Part shown: positions 19,179 to 27,226 of the stretch, one piece after another
Layout: each line of letters begins with the position of its first letter
Numbering within the stretch: position 1 is the first letter of the stretch
Sequence record: SRR31156797_4857
Length of the DNA stretch: 64,000 nt
Direction: 5' to 3' (one strand)
The notes under the pieces: model-generated
What the model was told of the DNA's origin: nothing
Seen by the model: the letters and a program-made list of their open reading frames with translations, nothing else
Database searches by the model: none
Made by a program: the position numbers and the translations under genes

Positions 19179-20710
19179 GTCTCTATTCACGTTCAATTGT
19201 CGCTTCTGGGCATCATTTAGTGAGTGAAGCTGCAGCCACAGTCCTTGAAGGTGGTGGCAATGCTTTTGATGCGGCAGTTGCGGCTGGTTTTGCCGGGGCT
19301 GTTGTGGAGCCGTGTTTGACCAGTCTTGGCGGCGGAGGTTTTCTCTTAGCTCGAACCAGTGGCAAACGGCAGCAGGTCCAGGAAATATTCTTTGATTTTT
19401 TTGTAGATACACCAGGTCGAGGGTTGCGTGAAATTCCTGAACCCCATTTTTTTCCGGTAACCGTTGCTTTTGGCGGATCTGACCAGGATTTTAATATAGG
19501 GCTTGGCTCCGTCGCGGTGCCGGGAACTCTGAAAGGCCTGCTGCATGTTCATGAACGGTTGGGTTATATGGATTTGCGTGATGTTATACAGCCTGCACTG
19601 AACTTGGCAAAAGGACATGTACTTAACGATTTTCAGAGTGTCTTCATGCAGCTCCTTTATCCGATATTGACTCAGAGCGATACGGGAAAAAGGCTGTATA
19701 AACCTGAGGGCAATTTTTTAAGTGAAGGCGATTGCCTGGTAAATTTGGAACTGGCAGGATTGCTTGAACAGTTGGCAGATGAACAAGGGCGAAGCTTTTA
19801 TGGAGGTGACATTGGCCAAGCAATTGCGCGTGACATGCGGGAAGGGGAAGGGCTGCTGACGGAGAGGGATCTTGCTGCCTATAAAGTCATCGAGCGAAAA
19901 CCCCTCCAGGTCAAGTATCGTGACCACACCTTGCTTACAAGTCCGCCCCCGTCATTTGGCGGCACCCTGATTGCACTTTCCCTTGCTCTGCACCAACAGG
20001 TAAAAGGGAAACCATCATTTGGATCCAGCCAACATCTTTTACAGACAACAGCAATCATGCAGGAAGTCGAGCGGCTTCGAGAACAGGGATGGATAACGCC
20101 CCATAAACTGGAAGAATTAATGGACTCTGCTCAACTCGAACAAGCTGCGCGCACTGTGCGGCTTTTCTCTCGTGGGACAACCCACGTCAGTATTGCTGAC
20201 AGGGATGGTAACGTGGCCTCGATGACGTGCTCCAATGGAGAGGGGTCTGGGTATTTTGCACCTGGAACAGGTATTATGCTCAATAATATGATGGGCGAGG
20301 ATGACCTGCATCCCGATGGATTTCATGCCGGTCCTCCTGGCGAGCGGGTAGGTTCCATGATGTCTCCATCGCTTCTGTTGGATGGTGAAGGCGCTGTTAG
20401 GCTTGTTATGGGCAGCGGTGGCTCAAAAAGGATTAGGACTGCCATCACCCAGGTATTGACTCAGATCGTTGATCATAAGCGTGAAGTCAAACAGGCTGTA
20501 GAGGCTCCCCGTCTGTATTGGGATGGTAGGCTGCTGCAACTGGAGCCAGGTTTTGCTACAGATGCTGTAGCAGAACTAGGCCAACAGGTAAGTGTTAATT
20601 GCTGGAAAGAGCAAAGTGTTTATTTTGGAGGTGTGCATACGGTGGTTCCAGGCGAAACAGGTGTTGGTGATCCCCGTCGCGGCGGTACTGCCATAGTGGT
20701 GGAACGATGA
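19175..20710 (+). CDS. Gamma-glutamyltransferase family protein
   Basis: GGNAFDAAVA, SLGGGGF, VAVPG, nucleophile Thr in GTTHVSIAD, LNNMMGE, SMMSP, DPRRGG; no signal peptide; ATGA overlap with the upstream gene. Confidence 0.94.
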   Translation: MSLYSRSIVASGHHLVSEAAATVLEGGGNAFDAAVAAGFAGAVVEPCLTSLGGGGFLLARTSGKRQQVQEIFFDFFVDTPGRGLREIPEPHFFPVTVAFGGSDQDFNIGLGSVAVPGTLKGLLHVHERLGYMDLRDVIQPALNLAKGHVLNDFQSVFMQLLYPILTQSDTGKRLYKPEGNFLSEGDCLVNLELAGLLEQLADEQGRSFYGGDIGQAIARDMREGEGLLTERDLAAYKVIERKPLQVKYRDHTLLTSPPPSFGGTLIALSLALHQQVKGKPSFGSSQHLLQTTAIMQEVERLREQGWITPHKLEELMDSAQLEQAARTVRLFSRGTTHVSIADRDGNVASMTCSNGEGSGYFAPGTGIMLNNMMGEDDLHPDGFHAGPPGERVGSMMSPSLLLDGEGAVRLVMGSGGSKRIRTAITQVLTQIVDHKREVKQAVEAPRLYWDGRLLQLEPGFATDAVAELGQQVSVNCWKEQSVYFGGVHTVVPGETGVGDPRRGGTAIVVER

Positions 20711-21753
20711 GCTGGTATATTGTTAAACGATTGTTTCTCATGATTCCCACCTTGTTTGGCGTCATGCTGATTACCTTTACTGTGACCCAATTTGTACCTG
20801 GTGGTCCGGTAGAACGAATGATGGCCGAAATTGAAGGGCAGGGGAATGGTGGCGAAGCAGCAAGTGGCACTGGTTTCTACCAGGGCGATCGAGGGTTGGA
20901 CCAAGACAGGGTCGAGCAACTGAGACAGCTGTATGGATTTGATAAACCACCGGTTGAGCGTTTTTGGGAGATGATGAAAAGTTATTTGGTGTTTGACTTT
21001 GGCCAGTCTTACTACCACCATAAAAGTGTCGTACAACTGGTTGTATCTAAATTGCCCGTCTCGATGTCGCTAGGGCTGTGGTCTTTTTTTCTTGTCTATT
21101 CCATTTGTATCCCTTTAGGAATAAGTAAGGCTGTCCGTGACGGTTCATCATTTGACGTGTTCACCAGTTCGGTTATTCTTATCGGTTATGCCATTCCTGG
21201 TTTTGTACTTGGTATTGTCTTGATTGTCTTATTTGGCGGCGGCAGTTTTTGGAGTATATTTCCGTTGCGGGGGCTAGTTTCTGATAATTGGCAGGAGTTG
21301 TCAGTGATTGCGAAAATTCTTGATTACCTCTGGCATATGGTGCTGCCCATTACTGCCTCTACTGTAGGCAGCCTAGCTGTAATGACGCTACTGACAAAGA
21401 ATTCTTTTCTCGAAGAGATTAGAAAACAATATGTGATGACAGCCTGGGCCAAAGGGCTCACAGAGCACCAGGTCCTGTATAAGCATGTTTTTCGCAATGC
21501 CATCATTCCTATTATTACTGGATTCCCTGGATCATTTATTACTGCTTTTTTTACAGGCAGTCTGTTGATCGAAACCATTTTTTCCCTTGATGGCATGGGA
21601 CTGCTTGCTTACGAATCTGTGTTAAACCGTGATTATCCTGTGGTGCTCGGGACCCTTTATTTTTTTACAATTATAGGTCTGTTGTCCAGGTTACTTTCAG
21701 ATTTAAGTTATGTACTGGTCGATCCTCGTATCAGTTTTGATGGGATGTCATAG
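20707..21753 (+). CDS. yejB: Peptide ABC transporter permease, YejB-like
   Basis: QFVPGGPVE, YGFDKP, TKNSFLEEIRKQYV, FFTGSLLIETIFSLDG, RDYPVV. Confidence 0.88.
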   Translation: MSWYIVKRLFLMIPTLFGVMLITFTVTQFVPGGPVERMMAEIEGQGNGGEAASGTGFYQGDRGLDQDRVEQLRQLYGFDKPPVERFWEMMKSYLVFDFGQSYYHHKSVVQLVVSKLPVSMSLGLWSFFLVYSICIPLGISKAVRDGSSFDVFTSSVILIGYAIPGFVLGIVLIVLFGGGSFWSIFPLRGLVSDNWQELSVIAKILDYLWHMVLPITASTVGSLAVMTLLTKNSFLEEIRKQYVMTAWAKGLTEHQVLYKHVFRNAIIPIITGFPGSFITAFFTGSLLIETIFSLDGMGLLAYESVLNRDYPVVLGTLYFFTIIGLLSRLLSDLSYVLVDPRISFDGMS

Positions 21754-21755
21754 CT

Positions 21756-22793
21756 GTGGAACCGTTGAAGCGTAAAAGAAACAGCCTGGCAAGGCGAAGA
21801 TGGCAGTTGTTTCGCAGGAATAAACGAGGATATTATTCTTTGATTCTGTTTCTGCTCCTTTTTGTTTCCTGCCTCTTTGCAGAAGTATTAAGCAATGATA
21901 AACCTTTTTTGGTTCACTATGAGGATCAGTGGTATTTTCCATTGTTTCAGTATTATCCCGAAACGGTTTTTGGAGGCGATTTTGAAACTGAAACCGACTA
22001 CAAGGACCCTTATATTCTGGAAAAATTGACGGTAGAAGGCAACCGGGTTTTCTTCCCGCCTAATCCCCATAGTTATAATTCAATCAACCTTACGCTTCAC
22101 CGTCCAGTTCCTTCACCGCCAACAAAGGAAAATCTTTTAGGTACGGATGACCGAGGACGCGATGTACTGGCACGGCTCATTTACGGATTCAGGCTCAGTG
22201 TTCTCTTTGGACTGGCACTGACAACCATCGGTACTTTACTTGGTATTTTTGCCGGAGCTATGCAAGGGTATTTTGGTGGAAAGCTGGATTTGTTTTTTCA
22301 GCGCTTCATCGAAATATGGGGATCAATGCCGGAGCTTTATTTATTAATTATTTTTGCCTCCATCTTTAAACCCAGTGTTGCTTTGCTTCTTATTTTACTT
22401 TCCCTTTTCGGTTGGATGGGGCTTTCCGATTATGTTCGTGCCGAGTTTCTCAAGGGCAGGAATATGGAATATGTAAAGGCTGCCAAGGCTTTAGGGGTCG
22501 GCAATATAACTATTATGTATCGTCACTTGCTGCCAAACGGTATGACGCCGGTTATTACCTTTCTCCCTTTTCGGATGTCTGGTGCCATTTTGGCTCTTAC
22601 GAGTTTAGATTTCTTAGGGCTTGGAGTTCCGCCTTCCACTCCAAGTCTCGGCGAGCTTTTAGCGCAGGGCAAGGCAAATATTGACGCGTGGTGGCTATCG
22701 CTTTCCACCTTTGTGGTTTTGGTAGGCACCCTTATTTTACTGATTTTTATTGGCGAGGCGCTTCGGGAGGCATTTGATCCGAGAAAACAGTAA
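21756..22793 (+). CDS. yejE: Peptide ABC transporter permease, YejE-like
   Basis: YPETVFGGDFETETDY, LGTDDRGRDVLARLIYGFR, RAEFL, LTSLDFLGLG. Confidence 0.88.
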   Translation: MEPLKRKRNSLARRRWQLFRRNKRGYYSLILFLLLFVSCLFAEVLSNDKPFLVHYEDQWYFPLFQYYPETVFGGDFETETDYKDPYILEKLTVEGNRVFFPPNPHSYNSINLTLHRPVPSPPTKENLLGTDDRGRDVLARLIYGFRLSVLFGLALTTIGTLLGIFAGAMQGYFGGKLDLFFQRFIEIWGSMPELYLLIIFASIFKPSVALLLILLSLFGWMGLSDYVRAEFLKGRNMEYVKAAKALGVGNITIMYRHLLPNGMTPVITFLPFRMSGAILALTSLDFLGLGVPPSTPSLGELLAQGKANIDAWWLSLSTFVVLVGTLILLIFIGEALREAFDPRKQ

Positions 22794-22811
22794 GAAGAGG
22801 CTAGAGGGGAC

Positions 22812-22848
22812 AAAAAAAGGAGACGGCAATAATGCTGTCTCCTTTTTT
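22812..22848. terminator. Bidirectional intrinsic terminator between convergent operons
   Basis: A7-GGAGACGGCA-ATAA-TGCTGTCTCC-T6. Confidence 0.88.
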
Positions 22849-22935
22849 AATGGAAGGAAGAACTGCTTATTATGATACTCAGTTTCCGTAATTATTCAGA
22901 GAAGAGTGTCCTGTTATTTAATTGTTGAGGTGACA

Positions 22936-25482
22936 CTAGTTCTCTTTTTTTAGTTCATCCCGTAGTTGATTAAACTCGTCTTGTATCATGTTTTTGATAA
23001 GGCTTAATTCTGAGGGCTCAGAAGGGGCTGGGACAACTTTATCACTGGCCGCTGGTGATGTTGCTGAAGGGAGTACGAGCCCTGGTTTCGTCGACTTGGC
23101 AATGGTGGCCACAACTCCGGCCTGCCATCCAAGATACTGTTCGATGGCGTCGGTCATGTCCTCGGTGGAGACAGAAGGGCGGTTCATCTGTTCAAAAAGA
23201 AGATTGATCACTTTTTCTGTCTCGGCAAGATCAATAAATCGGCTGTGAACCAGCTGGTCAATAATCGCACCCATAAGTCGTCCAATGACTTTTTCTTCGC
23301 TCTCTTGTTCGATATTTTTGAGTTGCGTGAGTAGCTTTGCAGCCTCGGCAATCCCTTCATCAGTGGGCGCTCTTACAGTACTTGGCAGAACAGCTCCCAA
23401 TGCAGCAAGATAGACCTCTTTGTCTTCTGTTGCATTAGAAGTGCGTTCTTCTCCTTCTTCTTCTTTGACAGGGGCAGCAAAGGCAGGTAAAGGGGTGCTC
23501 AGTTCCAGGCCCGGTTCGTCCTCATCATCTTCACTTGCATCAAAAAAGAAATCGAGCTGTTCTTCGAGCTCATTCTCTTGACTGTCTTGTTGTAGACTGT
23601 CAATATTATTTGCTGTTGCAGGAGCAAAATCCAGTGAGGAGTCAAGCCGCTCATTCTTGGTATCGTCACTTCCAAAGATATCAAGGGTGTCCTCGAAATT
23701 TTCGTCAGCGTCGCTGAAGTTGGTTTCAAGTAAAGAGGCTTCATCATCTTTCTCATCAAAAAAGAAATCGAGCTTTTCCTCGATATCACCAAGAGGTGCC
23801 TTGGGCAATGATTCCATTGATTCTTCTATGGAAAAGCCCTGTTCATCTGAGCTGCCGGAAAGGGCTGGGGTAATGCCACTGTCCACTTCCTTCTGATGTA
23901 GTGGTAATTCTGCCTCATCCGTACTGGTTTCCTTATCGGAGAAAAAAGTGTCTAATTTGCTCTCAATGTCAAGGTCGAGCTCTTGTTCATTAGGTGCTAT
24001 AGAATCTTCTTCATCAGTTGTAAAATCAAAATTTGCCAAGGCAACATCAAGGGGCACCTCATCGGCCAAGGCTGGTACAGGCTCGCCTTCATTGGCTGTG
24101 ACTTTTTCTTCATCTTCTTCTGCAGCATCATCGCCGAAGATGTCATTGTCAAAGAGCTTGTCCAGTTGATCGTTTAGATCGCTTTGTGCTGGGACATCAA
24201 GTGGCTCTGTGTCCTCATTAAAACCAAAAACTTCATCCGATCCCGATAGTGCTGGGGCAAAATCCCTTTTGGTCCGCAGTTCAGTCTCAATATATTCATC
24301 CGCAACATCATCACTGATGGGATGAATTGCATCAGGGGGCAAGACTTCGTCTGGATATTTTTGACTTGAAGTTTCCATGGCTGGAGCATTGTCAACCGGA
24401 AAGAGGTCGTCAAGTTCGGCTTCAATATCCCCAGGGAACTCTTCGGCGTCCTCTGATTCTTTTGCTGCTGTAAATTCCTGCAAGGCCTCAGCTGTTGAAT
24501 CTTCGGAAGTGACTTCAGGCGGTTGTTCGGTAACGGCCATTTCTTCAACGAGGCCATCAATAAGTTTTTCAGATGGTGGTGAAGGCTGCTCAATGATAAG
24601 AGCTTTCAGAGCATTGAGACGGCCAATGCGATCAACCAACAAGGTTTGGAGCTGTTGCTTATCCCGCTTGTCTGGATCAACATGCAGTACCTGGTCAAGC
24701 CCTTCGGAAAAGGCGTGGAGGAGTGTGAAGGACTCAGGGTGGGCAGCCGCTCCCGATTCTGAAATATAATCCCCCAGTGCACTTAAACCCTGGACAAGCA
24801 CCATCGCGGGTTTGTCGCCTGCAAGTACTTGGTGAAAGTAATCCAATTGGCTAGATAATTGCTGTAAACTATCTTCTGTGACCTCCCAGTCCAGGCTCAG
24901 GATACTCGCCTTGAGAAGTTTTAAGTGATCATCTTCTGCATGATGAACAGCTTGTTTTTCCTCAACATCAGCCTGGAGCAATACGGGTTCTTCAATAATT
25001 GTGCCGGGCCCAGGCTCGTCTTCCTGATTCACCTGATACTGCAGGATACGAAATTTACGAACATCTCCCTTAAGCAGTAAAGAAATTTCTTCTTCGGTAA
25101 TTTTTTCTGAAGAGGTGATTTTTTCAAAGTTATAATAAAAGGTAAGGAGCAGCTTAATGGCATTGTGGTGGGCGTAGGCTCCTTTACTTCGTATATAACG
25201 CCCTATCTTGTCCAAGCCTTGAAGGTAAACTTCGGCAACTTTGTCATCCTGCCAGTGTCCCTGAAGTACCTGTAATTCATCGGTGAGTTCCTGAAGAATC
25301 TCATCATTAATTTCCCAGTCCAGGGAAAGGATAATGGACTTCAGGCGGGTTAATATCGAGTCATCTTCACTGGAAAACTCAAAAAGGTCCACATCACCAG
25401 TATCAAAGGATTCGTCCGCAAAAAGCGTCAGATCCTCATATTCATCAAAGCTGTTTTTTTGTTCTTCCTGGGAATTTTTCAT
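22936..25482 (-). CDS. Large acidic hypothetical protein (848 aa): two homologous helical domains, a repeat-containing acidic linker and a C-terminal helical region
   Basis: Duplicated LKxxILSLDWE domains; D/E-rich middle with repeated PAL and DIExxLDxFF motifs; 36 nt downstream of mglA on the same strand. Confidence 0.9.
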   Translation of the reverse strand: MKNSQEEQKNSFDEYEDLTLFADESFDTGDVDLFEFSSEDDSILTRLKSIILSLDWEINDEILQELTDELQVLQGHWQDDKVAEVYLQGLDKIGRYIRSKGAYAHHNAIKLLLTFYYNFEKITSSEKITEEEISLLLKGDVRKFRILQYQVNQEDEPGPGTIIEEPVLLQADVEEKQAVHHAEDDHLKLLKASILSLDWEVTEDSLQQLSSQLDYFHQVLAGDKPAMVLVQGLSALGDYISESGAAAHPESFTLLHAFSEGLDQVLHVDPDKRDKQQLQTLLVDRIGRLNALKALIIEQPSPPSEKLIDGLVEEMAVTEQPPEVTSEDSTAEALQEFTAAKESEDAEEFPGDIEAELDDLFPVDNAPAMETSSQKYPDEVLPPDAIHPISDDVADEYIETELRTKRDFAPALSGSDEVFGFNEDTEPLDVPAQSDLNDQLDKLFDNDIFGDDAAEEDEEKVTANEGEPVPALADEVPLDVALANFDFTTDEEDSIAPNEQELDLDIESKLDTFFSDKETSTDEAELPLHQKEVDSGITPALSGSSDEQGFSIEESMESLPKAPLGDIEEKLDFFFDEKDDEASLLETNFSDADENFEDTLDIFGSDDTKNERLDSSLDFAPATANNIDSLQQDSQENELEEQLDFFFDASEDDEDEPGLELSTPLPAFAAPVKEEEGEERTSNATEDKEVYLAALGAVLPSTVRAPTDEGIAEAAKLLTQLKNIEQESEEKVIGRLMGAIIDQLVHSRFIDLAETEKVINLLFEQMNRPSVSTEDMTDAIEQYLGWQAGVVATIAKSTKPGLVLPSATSPAASDKVVPAPSEPSELSLIKNMIQDEFNQLRDELKKEN

Positions 25483-25518
25483 AACCTGACCAATGGTTGA
25501 GTATCACGTATCCCCTGC

Positions 25519-26124
25519 TTATTGCAGCTTTTTCTGGATTGATACGACGGTTGAAGATATTATTTTTTTTAGTGTTTCAGCTACGTTGTACCCTGTCAGT
25601 GCACTTCCTTCAAATGCAGGAACCTTGAGCTTGGAGTTAAGATCTTTTTCTAATATAGAAATAGGTAAAATTGGAATACCTTGGTTCCGCAGGTCAACCT
25701 TGTTGTACTGCAAAACAAGGGGGATACGGAAGATCGATTCTTTGTACTCCTGAAGGTTCTCGTGGAGTTGGTTGAGGGAACGGATATTTTTTTCCCGCAT
25801 CTGCTCTTGTGCATCTGCAACAAAGACTATACCGTCCACCCCTTTTAATACCAGTTTACGGGTGGCATTATATTTTACCTGTCCAGGCACCGTATAGAGC
25901 TGAATCTTCAACTCATATCCTTTAATCTGCCCCATGTTAAAGGGGAGGAAATCGAAAAAAAGAGTACGGTCTCCGTGGGTCTTAAGGCTGACCATCTCAG
26001 ATTGGATTTGTTTGGAAAATTTCCGGTTGATGTATTCCAAATTCGTGGTCTTGCCACCACGGCCTGGGCCATAGTAGACAATTTTGACCTGGACTATTTT
26101 TTCTCTGAGGTTTATGAAACTCAA
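25519..26124 (-). CDS. mglA: MglA-family small Ras-like GTPase
   Basis: (M)SFIN..KIVYYGPGRGGKTTNL, DRTLFFDFLP (Arg finger), YTVPGQV, GVDGIVFVAD, NKVD; TTG start at 26124 after a GGAGA SD. Confidence 0.95.
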   Translation of the reverse strand: MSFINLREKIVQVKIVYYGPGRGGKTTNLEYINRKFSKQIQSEMVSLKTHGDRTLFFDFLPFNMGQIKGYELKIQLYTVPGQVKYNATRKLVLKGVDGIVFVADAQEQMREKNIRSLNQLHENLQEYKESIFRIPLVLQYNKVDLRNQGIPILPISILEKDLNSKLKVPAFEGSALTGYNVAETLKKIISSTVVSIQKKLQ

Positions 26125-26205
26125 AATTGTCTCCTGCAGCCAGTGGGTACGAACATAAGGAAGAAGCAACGCATGATAGGAAAATTTTTAGGGAAAGAGC
26201 TAGCC

Positions 26206-26598
26206 TTAACCCCAGAATTTTTTAATGCGGTCAATTGTTTCGACTACGTTGAGACGCAGGAAGCCAAGGGATATATTTTTACCGAACATGGTAATTAAAA
26301 GGAGTTCATCGTCAATTTTAGAGAAATGGATATTGCAATCTGTACCCTTATGAAAGAGGAGTGAAAATTCCTGTTCACCTACCAATTTTGCCATGGCATC
26401 AACTGTAGCAAAGTTTCCGGCAGCAAGGGCAGCAAAAGAATAAACGTCATACTTTGAGGTGCCATTGTCCTTAGCAGTGATAATGTTGCCCGCCATATCG
26501 ATAATAATAACGCAATCGACACCGATCTTGATAAGTTTCTCGGTCAGGATCCCATCTATTTTTTCAAGCTGTTCCTGGCTAACAACTCCATAATTCAT
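26206..26598 (-). CDS. mglB: MglB-family roadblock/LC7 protein (GAP of MglA), lacking the C-terminal extension
   Basis: IDMAGNII, AALAAGNFA..LVGEQEFSLLFHKG, ISLGFLRL; directly upstream of mglA. Confidence 0.9.
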   Translation of the reverse strand: MNYGVVSQEQLEKIDGILTEKLIKIGVDCVIIIDMAGNIITAKDNGTSKYDVYSFAALAAGNFATVDAMAKLVGEQEFSLLFHKGTDCNIHFSKIDDELLLITMFGKNISLGFLRLNVVETIDRIKKFWG

Positions 26599-26840
26599 AT
26601 TGCTACCTCGTGCACGTCAAAGCTATTTATAATAAAGTGTGAAAAATAGTAGTGTTACAATTACAACGAGTATACGCTAGATAAAAAGATATATGAAGTG
26701 GTTTTTGTTGATTCTTCTTTTTTCTCATCCATGGGAACCAGTTTTTATTGTTGAACTTTTGTGCTGCAATAATAGGGGTGTGGGTTCCTGGGTTTTTGGC
26801 ATGACGGCTAGAATTTATTTTTGAAAAGGGGATGATGCCC

Positions 26841-27155
26841 TTATTCCTTTTTTTTATCCTCTGGGGTAAGAGGATTGAGCTTTTCCTTGAATTTTGTATT
26901 CACCGAGTAGACAAAGGCAAGCACTTCTGCCACTGTTTGATACAATTCCGGGGGCAACGCTTCGCCAACCGGTACTTTAGCAAGAAGCTCAACCAAATCA
27001 GGATCTTTCCGGATATAGACTCCTGCTTCCTGGGCAGATTGTATAATATTGCGGGCAACAATACCCTTGCCTGATGCCACCACCTCAGGGGCTGATCCTT
27101 TCTGCTCGTCGTAGCGAAGGGCGACAGCTTTTTCCCGCTTATCTGTAGGTGTCAT
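26841..27155 (-). CDS. FlhB C-terminal-domain-like protein (EscU/YscU switch family; FlhX/YlqH-like)
   Basis: KAVALRY..APEVVASGKG..DPDLVELL..IPPELY-like LPPELYQTVAEVLAFVY; no TM domain. Confidence 0.9.
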   Translation of the reverse strand: MTPTDKREKAVALRYDEQKGSAPEVVASGKGIVARNIIQSAQEAGVYIRKDPDLVELLAKVPVGEALPPELYQTVAEVLAFVYSVNTKFKEKLNPLTPEDKKKE

Positions 27156-27226
27156 CGTATTTCCCCAAATAATTAAAGCAATGCTGTGATTTTGAAAATT
27201 GTGATATATTTTGATGAGGCAGTAAA

